64,000 bases of DNA from Pseudovirgaria hyperparasitica (taxonomy: Eukaryota). This document shows, piece by piece, positions 14,088 to 28,094 of the stretch. The notes beneath the pieces were generated by a model, which saw only the letters and a list, made by a program, of their open reading frames with translations, was not told the DNA's origin and ran no database searches. The stretch lies in NCBI GenBank assembly GCA_010093815.1, contig ML996566.1. One strand, 5' to 3'. The translations under genes were made by a program, and so were the position numbers. Position 1 is the stretch's first letter. Each line of letters begins with the position of its first letter.

Positions 14088-14741
14088 GATGGGTTTCTCC
14101 GCATCTATTGGGTACGGTCGGGCCTTGGAACTAGATAGTGGGTCGTCTTTTTTGGTCAGAGGGTTTGGTGTCTTTTCTTTTTATCCTAGAGCTTACGCTT
14201 TTGGGCACACGGGGATGGGGTGTCAGGCGACTAGGCTTTCGATCTGATGTATCGGATTGCCTGTTGGCCATTCCAGTCATGTGGCAAATCAATGTCAACT
14301 AAATGTATCATGACATTGTATTACTGCATCTGCCTGGGCAGAGCCCATACATATATATCAATCAAGCGCCCGTCGCAATGTGCACGGTCCACTTGTTCGA
14401 GTTCCACATGTGCAAGTCACTCACCTGTTTACTTCCAAGTGCTTCACCCCAAGTCAATGTAGAACTACGGTAGACCCGTATGATCTTTGTAAACATTCTA
14501 GATGGTGCGGAGCTTTTGATCTCTAGGGTCGAATTCTGATCAGACACTTGGCGGACACGAGTCAAGCAAACGAAAGGAGGTCAAACATTATGTAATCCAT
14601 TGCTACTCCTTGCTAATTGCTAACACCGACGAACGATACGAATAGTCCACCAGGACACGAAGAACACAGCCATTCTACGCTACAGTCTGCCTTCTTGACA
14701 GGGCCATGAAATGATCAATGTCGGGAATAGGGCTGCTGCGC

Positions 14742-16572
14742 TTACTCCTCGGCCTCAATGGGCTCCTCTTCAGCGTACTCCTCCTCAGCATCGGAGACCG
14801 ATGCCTCCTGGTATTGCTGGTACTCAGAGACCAAATCGTTCATGTTGGACTCAGCCTCAGTGAATTCCATCTCGTCCATACCCTCACCAGTGTACCAATG
14901 CAAGAAAGCCTTGCGACGGAACATAGCAGTGAACTGGTCACCGACACGTTTGAAGAGCTCCTGGATGGAGGTGGAGTTACCAACGAAGGTAGATGACATC
15001 TTGAGACCACGGGGAGGGATGGAGCAAAGAGCGGTCTGGACGTTGTTGGGGATCCACTCAACGAAGTAGGAAGAGTTCTTGTTCTGGACGTTTCGCATCT
15101 GGTCCTCGACCTCCTTTCCGGAGAGCTTACCACGGCTACATCACTCTTAGTATATCCTGTGTGGTCAAAAAAGATCGGGAAACTTACAAGATGGCAGAGC
15201 ATGTCAAGTAGCGACCGTTCCTGAAGTCACTGGCAGCCATCATGTTCTTGGGGTCAAAGATTTGCTGGGTGAGTTCGGGAACAGTGACGGCACGGAAAGA
15301 ATGGGCGCCACGACTGGTTAGAGGAGCGAAACCGACCATGAAGAAGTGGAGACGAGGGAAAGGAACCATGTTCACAGCCAATTTGCGTAGATCAGAGTTG
15401 AGCTGACCAGGGAAACGTAGACAGGTTGTTACACCGGACATGACGGCGGAGACAAGGTGGTTCAGGTCGCCGTACGAGGGGTTGTTGAGCTTGAGGGTTC
15501 TCATGCAGATATCGTAGAGCGCCTGAGAGAGTATCAGCATAAATCTACACCGTCAAATGAGCAGAATATACCTGGTTGTCTATACAGAAGGTCTCGTCCG
15601 AGTTCTCCACAAGTTGGTGGACGGACAGAGTGGCGTTGTAAGGTTCAACAACGGTATCAGACACTTTGGGTGACGGTACAACCGAAAATGTGGCCATCAT
15701 GCGGTCTGGAAACTCCTCACGGATCTTGGAGATCAATAGCGTACCCATACCAGCACCAGTACCACCACCGAGGGAGTGGGTAATCTGGAAACCCTGAAGG
15801 CAGTCACATCCCTCAGCCTCACGGCGGACAACGTCCAAAACTTGGTCGACGAGTTCGGCACCCTCAGTGTAGTGACCCTTCGCCCAGTTGTTACCAGCAC
15901 CGGATTGACCGAAAACAAAGTTGTCAGGACGGAAGAGCTGACCGAAAGGACCAGCACGGACAGCGTCCATAGTACCAGGCTCCAAATCGACGAGTACAGC
16001 GCGAGGGACGAACTTGTTGCCAGAGCCCTAAAATGAACTATTAGCTCCATGAGCTGAGGCGAAGGTAATGAGAAGCCTTACCTCGTTGAAGTACACGTTC
16101 ATGCGCTCCAATTGAAGGTCTGAGGTACCATTGTAGCTAGTGTCGTTAGTCGAGAGTCTTGATGCATAGCACATCGCTGAGTGTCTACTCACACTCCAGA
16201 GCCATCTAGACCGTGCTCGCCAGAGATCTGTTGCCTTTATAACATGTCAGTCCATATTCGATGTGATTCGTATTTATCCCAATCTGTCAGGAGCAAAATC
16301 GAAGTACGGTAGGGTTGGCGGGAACACACCAGAAGGCAGCACCAATTTGGTTACCCTGTATAAGTCAGCGTCTACTCAATTGATGAGATTCATAGATGAC
16401 TTACACATTGACCGGTTTGAAGATGTACCTATTTGCGAGAAAACTCATGTTAGCGATGTTGCTCAAAGCCAAGGGGTGCGAAATTGTGGTGCCTAGACCA
16501 ACGCGGGGCATTCAGGGGACGCGTGAAAAACAACTGTATGTACGAGAGGGGGCGACGTACGATTTCACGCAT
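14742..16572 (-). CDS. tub2: Beta-tubulin (8 exons, 7 introns)
   Basis: [21 protein letters not shown] micro-exons, GGGTGAGMG signature, [20 protein letters not shown], acidic C-terminus. Confidence 0.99.
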
Positions 16573-17859
16573 ATTGGCTGAGAATAGAAGTTTCGGATGA
16601 AGCTGGTAGAGAGTTGAGTAGCTATGGAGCTGATGATGCTGCGAGTTGGGCTGGTGGATGGAGAGGAAGTGGAGGAAGAGGTGCTGTTTACTCAAACTTG
16701 TAGCGGTGAGAAATGGGCGTAGGAAAACGGTAAGAGCGGTCGTTTGTTGTGGGGTGCAAGCGGATAGGCTGCACGTGCACGCGCCAGGGCTAGCTGCTTT
16801 GGGACCAGCTAGCCTTGAAAAAGCATTTCAACCGCGCTAACATTCTTCATCTGTGGCGCGTTGCGGTGCTTTATACAGGACAGGAGCAGTGTAAGCGTGC
16901 ACAAATGGCCAACACAGTCAATTCCGATTCAAGTCGAATGTGCTTCGATTTGTATTCCTCGAATCCCCGACTCTTGCCTAGGTTCTGATATCTGGATTAG
17001 TTTGGTCGTCTCGTTTTCCGCTACGCCTAAAATGCACTACAATAGCGAAACTTCTTTTGGAAAAGATGAACATGATCACCTCACGCAAGGACCACGCTGC
17101 AGTTGAGAGGCTGTTAGCTGTCGACTGCGTTTAAGATGCTTAGCCGTTGAACGTCAACTAAATCCAATACTCTTGCAGCAGCGGTACGGTAAGCAGATTT
17201 ATAGTGGTCTGGACTCATCTGTATAACTGAGCACACGACAGCGACATCGAAAGTTGTAGTACTTACGAAACAGTATACTGTATAATTATTGGATTTCTAG
17301 GTCTATGAAGGATTGTCTTGGCTACCAGTCTCAACCTGATATAGCGATGCTCGTAGGTCTAAACTCAAGTATTGTGAGGAGGTATGAGATGTCAAGAGAG
17401 CTGTGTTAACGAGCTCTACGAAGTTCTGTAAGACAGTCTGTACAGCAAATGCCACTTAACACGCGCTTGAAAGAAAGACAGGGTAATGTCTATAGAAGTA
17501 AAGCTGCCCCCCCAAAGTGTAGCGATCATGTCGGCATCGAACTTGTTGCGACTTGGTCTAGTGCACAGTGAGATGTTCTGAAGCGATTTGGGCCTGACAT
17601 AAGGCCTAGAGGAAGAAAGTGAAATCACCACTCCAGAGTGGTAAAGGGGCCAAATATGCACAGGAACTCAACACTTGTTTCTGGTTGGATCATGACTTGT
17701 CATTCCGGGTCATACATGTCTAATCTGGTACGCTAATAACTTCATATTATGGCTTATAAAATGTGAATCAACTCGAAAGACGTGTCGCAAAATTACACCT
17801 GCCAGAGCTAGATATGCTGTGGTAATGACAGGGTGGTTCGTATCCCTGCTAATTGTATA

Positions 17860-19002
17860 CTAAGCATATGTGTAGCATAATCTCGGCGTGTTAATCTTCA
17901 TTACGTCTCGTATTCTCTGATACGCACCACCAGGCGCTGCCTTTACGAAATGGCCCATCCACATATTGTAATCCAGTGTCACTTTCTCGGACGTAACTGG
18001 ACCATGGAAGTCGAACGGAGGTGCGAACGGTTGGATCGGGCCAGCGATATCGTATGTGCGTTTTCCGGCGTCCTTCGCTTGCCACAATGCCCAAAGCCGA
18101 TCAAGGTTGGCATGGTGGAGGAAGAAAATGGGGTCGCTGGGGCTGTTGTAAACGTCACCCATCATTCCAATATCACCGCCGACACTGAGGTGGCCTCCAC
18201 CATGGTAGGTCAGGCCGGGAACATCAATCATGCCTTGGACTGCGATATCGAAGGTGGCAAAGTGGGACTTCGACAAAGTAAGGTCTACAACAGACTTCCT
18301 GAGCTTCTTGGAGGCGAGCCAGGGGGAGAAGTCACGTCTCAGGCAGCGAGGATTGTATGCCGTCGAGTTCAACGGACCCATGTGGACAAAATCAGAGATG
18401 TTGGCGAAGGGCCCAGTGGTCACACAGCCCCCTCCAGTCTTCCCGGGTATGTGCAATCGAACACTTGGATCTCGAATGGTATCGACAAATGGACCATTGC
18501 CACCAAAGCCGTGCTCAGCGTCAAAAATGGGAGACTTGGGAAAGCCTTCGATCGTGGCATCCAGAGTCCAGTCCCAGTAAGGTTGCCCTCCTTTGTAGCC
18601 ACATTCTCCGAGGGCAGTTTCGTATTCGTGCACGAACACACGATGCCACACCTGGAAGAAGCCAACGAAGTGTATGAAGTCTGTTTCATTTATGTGGCCT
18701 GCTACAAAATCGTCGTAGCGGTTCTTGACACCCTTGAAGTAGCTTGCGGACTGAGGTGGCTTCTCTCTCAAGCACTGTACTGCGTTGATATAATTATCCT
18801 TCTGGTCGTCGCTCAATTGGCGCCTGTTTGACGTAAGTGATAATCAGTCAGAAATGCTTCTGAACGGTAAGGCTTACCATTCCCTGCGCACCAATGGCTT
18901 CGAACACGATGCTCCTTCAGGAGTGTGTTGCTTCTGAGGCAAAGCAACTGTAGTAGATAGGCATGTGATCGCCGCAAGCAAAACCGTGATTGAAAATATC
19001 AT
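17860..19002 (-). CDS. Secreted tyrosinase / type-3 di-copper protein; intron 18824-18877
   Basis: Exon 1 gives signal peptide MIFSITVLLAAITCLSTTVA and CSKPLVRREW. CuA: RYDDFVAGH...IHFVGFFQVWHR. CuB: HGGGH...SPSDPIFFLHHANLDRLW. Ends LCYTYA with no C-terminal shielding domain. Confidence 0.92.
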
Positions 19003-20857
19003 GTTGGGCGAAGTTTCGACCGAAAAAGCGCGCGAGAAAGGACTAACATGTACTGAGGGGAGGGAAAGTGACGCAGGACAAGACGCTGAGCTACGCCAGC
19101 ACTTATGGGTATGTGTATTATCCCATGGACACTGACTCCATAGTATCTCAAGATTTCGATAACGCCTGGACTCATAGCATCTCCATCAGCGTACAGGCGC
19201 TTGACGTGTCGTTTGACTCTGCGACTTAAGCGATAAGAACAGGCCATCTATGACCTTTTTTAAGGTATTTACCTCGCAAATATGCAACTACCGTATACGT
19301 TCACAGGGATATCCGAGCCGTAAAACTGGAAGCACTATAAGCATAGTCCGTGTCATAAGCCCTTGAGTGACATTAAAGGCAAAAGATGGCTAGCACTTCA
19401 CCGGGGTTACTAGAAGAGGGAAACGCCTGGTTTATATGGAGGCTATTGTCATGATTCACGAACGACCCATTTCTTGACCGATCATTATTCATATGTCGTA
19501 TACGTATAGAGGGTGAAACTGACACTAAGGCTATATAGCTAGCGACTGATATCTATTAGGCACCTAGATCCTAGCCTAGAGCGCACCTCAGCGAGTCCAT
19601 AATTTAGATTTAATATAGACTGGATCCTATATGGGCCCAGAGTAATGGTATTCTGAAACAAGCATCCTGGTCTCTGTACTGGGGCTCCCCGAATCCCGTA
19701 CATCTCCGTGCCTACCAGGCCAAATCTTACTAATCACTCTTAGTCGTAGGGAGTCCATGGACCATCGGACAGAGTTCCGATAAATAGAGACGAGCAACAT
19801 TTAATCTGCTTCGTCTCAAGGTCTGGTTGTATGCGAGGGCGAAAAAACATACGAAGTACGTTAAAAATTCGCTTGACACATGAGACAAGAAGATACACGA
19901 TCTGATGTCCCGACTATAACTAAGCGGAAACATTTGACAGCTCAATAGAAGACTGGTTTGACTCGAGACTGACCGAGATCAAGTGGATCTTTGTATAAGT
20001 TAGCGAAAGTTTAAGTCAGCACATCACATTTTGTGATCGTTTCACCTGTTCAGCGCGTTCATATGTAGCACCAGGGCGTCAAAAAATCATGGCTTTACAT
20101 GCATCAACCATACAATAAACGGTCGATGCTGGAGAGAGGTTACTAATGGTAAACTTTAAGGTTTTGACAAGAGCTCGGTACTGTGTTACGGTATGAGGCA
20201 TAGTAGATAGGATCGCACCTGAAAACCTCACAACAGTCTTTCTCTCCACATATCATAGAGCGGGGTCACCGTATCGGAATCCTGCAGAGCCCAACATCCT
20301 CTTTGTAAAGGCTAGGAACTATGTGGCACAGGATAGAAAGCGAACTTCGAAGATACAATGATAATTATCTGGCCTCCCGGGTTGTTAGGCAGTATCTGCC
20401 GGATATGCTCGGTGGGCATCGATCCGATTTTAATGTAAGCTCATAGATTTTTCATCCACAGTCGCAGGCATGACTTCTTGATTTCAGAGCTTAGACAAAG
20501 ACTTGCCTACCAGGAAAATATCCCATTGTCATATAGGCACTGTGTCCTCGCATACGCAAAGAGTCATTACTTATCTATTTCTACATTCTACTCAAGTAAG
20601 GAGGGTTGTCCAACGCGGCAACGGCACAGGAATTCTAGCATATTCAACCACACTTTGCAGAGCATGGAACCGGTGTGAGCCGCCGATGTTGAAACCTGGT
20701 CCTTTGGATCGTCTATATCAGACTCACATACAAGGCTGTTCTCAGCATCTGCTTCACTCACGGCAGGGTATTTTGCTATTTGCATTCATTGCATACCGAG
20801 AAGAAAATCACGAACAGGGTACCCCATACCTAGCCCTGCATATCGAAGTCTGAGATC

Positions 20858-22420
20858 ATGCAGCAACGAGCAACACTGGTACGATATCTCAATGTTGCGT
20901 TGGTCGTCGTTTCAACGATAGCAATGTTCATGAGGGGCTATGCAAGACTCTTCATAGTCAGAAAACCTGGGTTAGATGACGTATTTGCTGTTCTTGCATT
21001 TGTGAGTAGATCCCCACAATGAGGCTGTAGCATTACTAACATACCAGTAGGGTACTTTAGTTAGTCTGTCAGCTTTGGAAATCAAGTGTACGCCTTCAGA
21101 CGGCTTCTCAGACATACACACTGACACATGATAGTAACATACTATGGAATCGGCACGAACCAAACTGAAGTGCCACCAGAGCACTTGGCCGTATTCTTCG
21201 GGGTGAGTTGATAACGGAATAGTCTGGGTATCAAGACTAACATATCGAGCTCAGACACTGCCCACCATGCAACTATTATATCTTTCGTCTACAGGGCTTG
21301 TTAGAATATCAATAGCATTATTCATTCTACGTCTGGGTCGTCAAAGTAAGAAAAGACTCCGATTACCTACATCCTTATCATCTCCGCTGACTATAATCTT
21401 TTGGAACAGCTAATTATATGAAGAGCTTCTACGCCCTAATAGCCTCGATCGCGGTGGTAACCATAATCTCTGTCTGTATCTTGCTTTTCGAATGCGTGCC
21501 TGTACGGTGAGTGATGTCATCAAGTATCAAGAAATAAGGCATCTAACAGACAGCAGAGCCCTATGGAACCAAAGCCTACCTGGCGCAGTTTGCGTGCCCA
21601 AGTCAGAAGAAGCCACTCTCATGTATGCGCATGCGTCATTAGGAATCCTATTCGACTTCATCCTGTTCCTGACACCAATATACATACTCTCAGGATCAGT
21701 ATTCAAGAGGTGAGCAAGCTTGACAACCTCTCATACCCACTGAACTGATCACACTGTAGTATGAGAATGGTCAGGCTGTCACTCCTGTTCTCCCTAGGCC
21801 TTTTCAGTGCCATCACGGGAATCGTCCGGCTGTCCCAAATCGTCAACATTGACATGGCACACAACACCACCATGAACGTCTCTTACGCTTCCGTATGGAC
21901 CGATCTGGAGGGCCACACCGCGCTCTGGATCGCATGTCTGCCCGCTACACAGCCAATATTTCGATGGGTCTCTTTTTCGCTAGGCTTTAGAAGCAGGCTC
22001 AGGAGTACTGGTCCGACGCCCAATGGATACAATGGCTACCAAAACTCTCGAAACAAGGGTACACCAAAAATAGGAGGATTAGCCACCGTCTGGTCAAACA
22101 GATCAAGACGAGCCTCTAGAGGGATGGAGATACTCAATACAATCGAGATGGAAGAAATGGATGAGATGGACGAAGAGAGTGCCAGTGCAACATTACACAA
22201 CAGCAAGCCTTGCAGCAGAAGGAATTCCAATGATGATATCAGTCCAGCGCGAATGGTTCGGCATGGCTCATCGCTGTCTGGAACCCGGAATGAAAACTCA
22301 CTAATTATCGTCACGACCGAGGTTTGTGTGGCTAGCGAGAAGATTGAAGGGTTGACACGCCCTGCTCCTGCCTATATGTCGGCCAACACCTCGGCTACAG
22401 GGGGTGTGCACCACGCGTGA
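20858..22420 (+). CDS. PTH11-like (rhodopsin-family, non-CFEM) integral membrane protein, multi-intron
   Basis: Exon 1 MQQRATLVRYLNVALVVVSTIAMFMRGYARLFIVRKPGLDDVFAVLAF (R...R...G.DD motif). Later ILFDFILFLTPI, LFSLGLFSAITGIVRL, WTDLEGHTALWIACLP. Several short GT-AG introns; internal junctions approximate. Confidence 0.85.
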
Positions 22421-23382
22421 GAGCGGCTTGAACAATCAAGTAATGGAGGGCAGGTTAGGTTCTAGCCCCATCTGAGAGGGATGATCAGCTACAAGAACGT
22501 CATCGTAGAATTGTGGCAACCATTTTCGACGTTCGAAAGCCTCAAAACCTATTTCTACTTGCAACACCGCAATCGGTCAGTCGAGAAATGCTCCTGGAAG
22601 AGAAGCAGGACCCGGAGAATCAGCGTCCATTCATCTCGAAATGATGTCGACGCAGTCCCGGGATCTGTCTTACGAAATTACGCAAGTACCCGTACTTCCA
22701 GAGCATATATTAGAATTTGACAAGGCGCTCCAAGATGGGCACTTAATGGACGGACTGACAACTTGATACAGGACCAACAGCGCTCGGGACCTTTGGCATG
22801 TACCAGCTGCGAAGGTCCACAAGAAGCTGCGGATGCTGCACGGCATACTGTTGAGGTCGTTGATGAGATTTGGAGCAAGGAGTATACAGGACCAAGACGA
22901 GATAACGAATAATGTCTGGAACGGTCGTGTTGGAGAGATCGAAAACACTTATTATCGTGATGAACCAACTAGTGCTACGAGCATAAGAATCATGATGAGG
23001 GAATTTCATGACATGGCCTTATGTGGATATATGTATTAGGGAGTGGACAATAACATATCCGTTGCAGACATGTCGACCTATTAGTGCATAGATATTTCTT
23101 TACTCCTGAGAAAACAGTCGCATATTTAAATCGTGCGAGTGGACCTTCTCTAAGTCAATACCAATCTGGGCATGCGGTCTAACAGTAATATTCCCAACAT
23201 AGCTACCCGTATAGAGCTACGCCCTTGAGGTATATAGATTCTAGTAGCTTTGACGAATTGTGCGCGGTATATGTCCGGAGATAGAAACGACTTGAATTGA
23301 TACACACCAAAGGTAAGAGCTGTCTCTTTCGTAACCAAGTCAAAAGCGAGATCTGAGCCGAGAGCAAATGATTACGCCCGTA

Positions 23383-26341
23383 TCACACGGAAAAGTTCTT
23401 CTTTTTCTGGGCTCTCATTGCAGGGACTGTGCCATCTTTACCAAATTTGCGCCCAACTTCGATCACTATCATCCTTACGAAGTCTCTCGATAGCCAGTAA
23501 CTGCTGTGTGCACCCAGCATAGTCAAATATTGAATCTCCAACGCACCGCCTCCATAGCGCATGAAGTAATCGATTTGGCCATTATCATTCAATGCATAAG
23601 CACGCTTCTCAGCAATCTCTTCTCGCGAAAAATTGTGCGTCTCAAGTTCGACATTCGAGGGGAGATGCGGATGTACAGGCCGGGTGGGAGTCGTGAACTC
23701 ATTTGTGGAAGGCGTTGATCTGAAAGGGTTGCGGAACACAAGCCAGCCTGAGCTTGCTGAAGGTATGAAGGCTTGCTTCAGTGAAGATGCGTATATTGCG
23801 TCAACTGCGGCATTTACGCGATACGCAACTGGATCATAGGGATTAACGATGTTATAAATATTATCGACAGCCAGGCATCCATAGTCGCCGTACTCTCCAG
23901 CAACTCCAGGCAGAGTGCTACCATCATCCCCAGGCTTGTCTCGATCGTGCCGAGGTAGGAGGGCGGCATTCTTAAGTAGTAGGAAGAAACCTGCAGGGCT
24001 TCCACATAGAAACAGAGACTTTGTGTCGAACGCGAAGTGAGACGTCGGGAGTTCCGATTCAGGAGTTGAAGGATTGCCGTAATGAGGGGAGATGCGAGAG
24101 GGTTGCTTGCTGAGTACGTCAACGGCCATCACACTACCTAGCGAGTGTCCGATAATATGAACTCGTCCCCACTCGGAGAAGCCAGGATTGTTAGCACACC
24201 AGAGACGGTACACGCGGTTGGCTTCGCCAATACATGCTGCGAGGACTTTCGGGTTATGTTCTCGAGATAAATAATATGGAATATCGAGCATGACGTCGCT
24301 GATAACATTTCGCACGGACGGCAGGGTCTCTGGCGTGATGTCCTTCAAGGTATACTGATTGAATGCTGGATCGTCATGGTCACTGCGATAACCACCATCT
24401 TCAAATGAGAGATCGACTCTCCAGTTGACCTAGACCACGTTATTGGCGGTTTCTTGCGGGACACTTTTTTACTTACGGGTAGTACCATGACACCACCCAT
24501 ATCTTGCCGTAGATGAGCCTTCACACTGCCTGTACCCATCTCCACGTTCACCTCTCGCCGGAATGCGTTAATCGCATGAGTGAAATGGAAGCTTTCCATT
24601 CGCTCCGAAAGCTTTTGACCAATGCCATGTATGACAAGTACTAGATCGGTGACCCTTGGCCGCAGAGATTGTGCAATCGCTGAATCTTCATGTTGACGTG
24701 TCTCCGGTGGAGCGCCGCCAAGTGATGTGGACACTCCCTCAGCAGCTTTGGTGGTCATTAGATCGTTTTTGGGAGGATGCATTCTGTTCCACGCTACTTC
24801 GTTGAAGCCCCTACAAACACGAACACCTATAGCATGGTTCTTGCGGATATAGTTCGCCAGAGGTCTTCGGCCGTAGTAATGTGAAGGTTGCAAATTTGGT
24901 CGCAAGAGGTACGCGTCGGTCTGATTAGCGTATATGACCCCAGCTGTCAAATATTGTCGAATACGCCCATCACGCCCATATGGTGCTGAGCCACTGGCTT
25001 TGTTGTCAGGCCCTTCAGGCCCTGTAGAGATATCTATTAGATCACAGGCGTGGGCGACAGTTTCTTGTCTCTCTTTCTCAGGAGTCGTCTCTTCAGGCTC
25101 AAGCAGACTGGCGCTACGTTAGACGCTAGGTCTCCTTGCTTCAGTATAAAGATAAAAACTCACTTCTGAACGCCCAACATTCCGCCGCCTCTTGCAGTCG
25201 AAGGGCGACTATCGACTGGCTTTGGTGGAGGATTTTCGGGCCATAAGCGATGTAGTATCTTCATCTCTCCTATGGCACCAACTTCCACGGCACTATTCAA
25301 CTCGTCCGCCCAGGTCTCTGTCCACGGTTTAAGTTCCACATAGCCTATCTCTAACATATTGGCGACATCTGTCTCTACTGGTAGCATGGTGTTTTTGTAG
25401 AACCAAGTACCTCGAGTCACAACAGCAACGTCACTGACCGGCTTCCAGTAGATTGGCTCCATACGAATTGGGTTCTTGTCCATGACTACGTTGTGCAGAC
25501 GGCTCACGCCTACAGGCACCTTGGCTGAAGGCCCAACGGATTCGGGGCTATTATCACTGGTACTTAATACATTGGGTTTTGTTTGTCCATGAGACTCTCC
25601 AGGATTCTCATCCCAGTTGTAGCTATCCGCTTGTTGAGGACTGGGTCTCCGTTTTGAACTCTCCTCCCTTAGCGTATGCACCTTCGACCTGGACGGTGCT
25701 CGAATGAAGGGATTGCCAGTGATTGCTGGTGTATCGGTCTCCATATGACCATCAGCAGGGCCAACTCGAATCGGCCCAACTGCCGAACCAGCATTGCCAC
25801 GGGTAGGTTCGATCCTCTCCTCAAGCTTTGCAAATCGGGCACCAAAGGAGCTTGGTGATCCTTGACTACCACCTTGTGTACCCTCTGCGAAAGTGTTCGT
25901 AGCACGGAGAGACCCAATCACAGGTCGGCCCCTCTCCTCTGTGAGAGATGTTCCTCTACTCCTATTACCACATTTTTGCAGTGATAGGGCGGCCAGATTT
26001 ACACCGGGAGACTCACGTCTCGATTCCGGATTCTTTTTCTTCTCGTCCCTCAGCTCTTCGTTGTGTTTTAACAATTTCGTCCGCAGGTCGAGCCATGTTT
26101 TCTCTAAGGCTTTATTATCGTAGATGGAGAATGGACGTGGTGGCTGGTTGTATGTGGAAGATGACGTCGAGGTCAGTGGAGGCAACGGAGATAGCGGGTC
26201 GTCAATAGCGAGAGGAGATGTATAGAAGTAGCGAACGTTGATTGAAGGAGGCGCAATAGGTGCGTGGAGGACTTCGCGAAGATATCTGTTCGTTTGTCGA
26301 GCTACTGAGCCCGCGGGCTCATCTGAGTGAGAGCTCGCCAT
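23383..26341 (-). CDS. DDHD-domain phospholipase A1 (Ddl1/YOR022C-like), at least 2 introns
   Basis: LVLVIHGIGQK, PVNWR, lipase motif IIGHSLGS, LFLCGSP, NIVNPYDPVAYR, C-terminal AHSSYW. Confidence 0.92.
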
Positions 26342-26990
26342 GGCGCATTAGTATGCCGGATTCAACTGAAAAGGCGATAGCTTCTCAAGTCAATGAGATG
26401 TAGCAGCATACACCGCCCCATAGTGACTCAACATGGATTGTCTAGGTGTTGTTGTCTCAGACCAAACATTGGGAGCCTAGAATCGGAGGTTAAGAACTGC
26501 GTAGTGCAAGAAGTCTAAGGAAGTCCGCGCTTGGACCTACGCGCGACGTCACATCACGCAGTTCTAACGCGCCTTGAGAAGTGGACCCACAAACACCTGC
26601 AAAATACAACACCCCTCTGTATCACTATACACATCTAGTGATGTATAAATCAAAATTTGTATGGAGATAATGTGATCAAGCATGTCCCTCTCATAGAAAA
26701 GAACCTCTCCCTTCGATTAAGTCCGAAATATGTAATGATGTTGATTCTGTGGTGGGAGCACATGACAGTATACTGACTGCTATTAAATCGTATCTGTTAA
26801 CACCTGTGGACGTCCTTGACGGAGATTATTTTTGGCAGATCATGAGCGAGAAACGCCTCCACATGTTGCAATACACGTTCCCAACATGGTGGCATACTAC
26901 CCCTCGCTTCGAATAGGATACCGAGCGCTGTTGTGAGTAAAGGTTTTGCCATTGTATAGGAAGAATTTGTCCCCAAAATCATGTAGCTTA

Positions 26991-28094
26991 TCAACTCCAA
27001 CGTCTGTTTTCTGCATCAGCACCAGCACCCTTCCTTTCCCGTTCTAGCTGCGCATCGAAGTCTAATTGAGCTTGAGACTTTCCGGACGTCGCATCCGTGA
27101 ATGTACCTCCATCCCCCCTTGACTCTTTCCCCTGGCCTCTGCCAGACTTCCCGACCGTAGGCTCCGATGTATGAGATGAGGATCCTCTTCTGACACGTTC
27201 CCACGCAGAGTTGCTGGACGATTTCTCTGCTTCACTGTCAAAATCAAAAGTACCCAGCCCACCGGTTGGTGACGCATCATCGTGTGATTGATGCTGTGGT
27301 CGCTCTCGCTGCCCTGACCGAGACCAGGTTGAGGATTTGTCAGACTGAGAGTTACCGAATCTCTCATTTAGTCGGCGCTCGTATTGGTGTCGCTGAGGGT
27401 CTGTGACGACACCCGTGTTAAGACTCTCGTCTTCACGGCCATACTGCTGATTGGTGTTCTCTCTGATTGTATGATCGGTCGAGGTGATCGGCCTTCTTGT
27501 ACCCGTGTGCTCCGTTCGCGAATTCTTTTGGGCACCTTGTCTGATTTCTTCTATAAGTCTTTTCAGAATAGGACTGGCCCCAAAGTGTGAAAGAGTGTGT
27601 CCATTGCGGAGTGCGTCTCCGATAACAGCACCTATTGTCGAATAGACCAAAAAGTAACTAGGGAAGCGTAAGAGTTGCCACGCTATTCCTGCCTGGGCAC
27701 CCCTAAGAGAGAAGAATTTATCCAGGGTGAATCCTTTCTTCCTAAGATCGATCCCTGGCATAGTGCAAGCCCCACGCAACTGATAAAAGCGGACAATGCC
27801 CATGATATTACCACCCCGTCTACCAAGCTTCCTATACTCTTCAGACTCCGTTGAAATTCTCACGAGTTCGTTCACTTCTTCATCGGTAAGTCGCCGCTTA
27901 ACTTGGGCAGACATATGGGCGAGTAATGCATCGTTTCCGTCGTATAGGGTGCGTATGATGCCGCTAAATCTCCTATGCTCATTTATGTCATATTTGTATT
28001 TGTAGGCGAAGGGCTTGGTGGAGTCGGAGCTTTGGAGGTCATCGTCGCTGGGAAAATCACCTTCGGGCGACGAGGCTACTTCATCGAGCACCAT
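26991..28094 (-). CDS. Conserved fungal hypothetical protein with central hydrophobic segment
   Basis: Long single ORF with first ATG at 28094. Hydrophobic YFLVYSTIGAVIG and C-terminal SAWERVRR...SQAQLDFDAQLERER motifs. Confidence 0.7.
   Translation of the reverse strand: MVLDEVASSPEGDFPSDDDLQSSDSTKPFAYKYKYDINEHRRFSGIIRTLYDGNDALLAHMSAQVKRRLTDEEVNELVRISTESEEYRKLGRRGGNIMGIVRFYQLRGACTMPGIDLRKKGFTLDKFFSLRGAQAGIAWQLLRFPSYFLVYSTIGAVIGDALRNGHTLSHFGASPILKRLIEEIRQGAQKNSRTEHTGTRRPITSTDHTIRENTNQQYGREDESLNTGVVTDPQRHQYERRLNERFGNSQSDKSSTWSRSGQRERPQHQSHDDASPTGGLGTFDFDSEAEKSSSNSAWERVRRGSSSHTSEPTVGKSGRGQGKESRGDGGTFTDATSGKSQAQLDFDAQLERERKGAGADAENRRWS

Noticed and set aside
15572..15700. Benzimidazole-resistance alleles in beta-tubulin
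   Set aside because: F167, E198 and F200 are wild type
17950..18831. 293-aa plus-strand ORF
   Set aside because: Antisense shadow of the tyrosinase-like gene with no recognisable motifs; the same applies to other antisense ORFs over CCH1, the P450 and the BVMO
22481..23039. Short ORFs downstream of the PTH11-like gene
   Set aside because: No recognisable motifs or consistent exon structure; may be a gene remnant but cannot be supported
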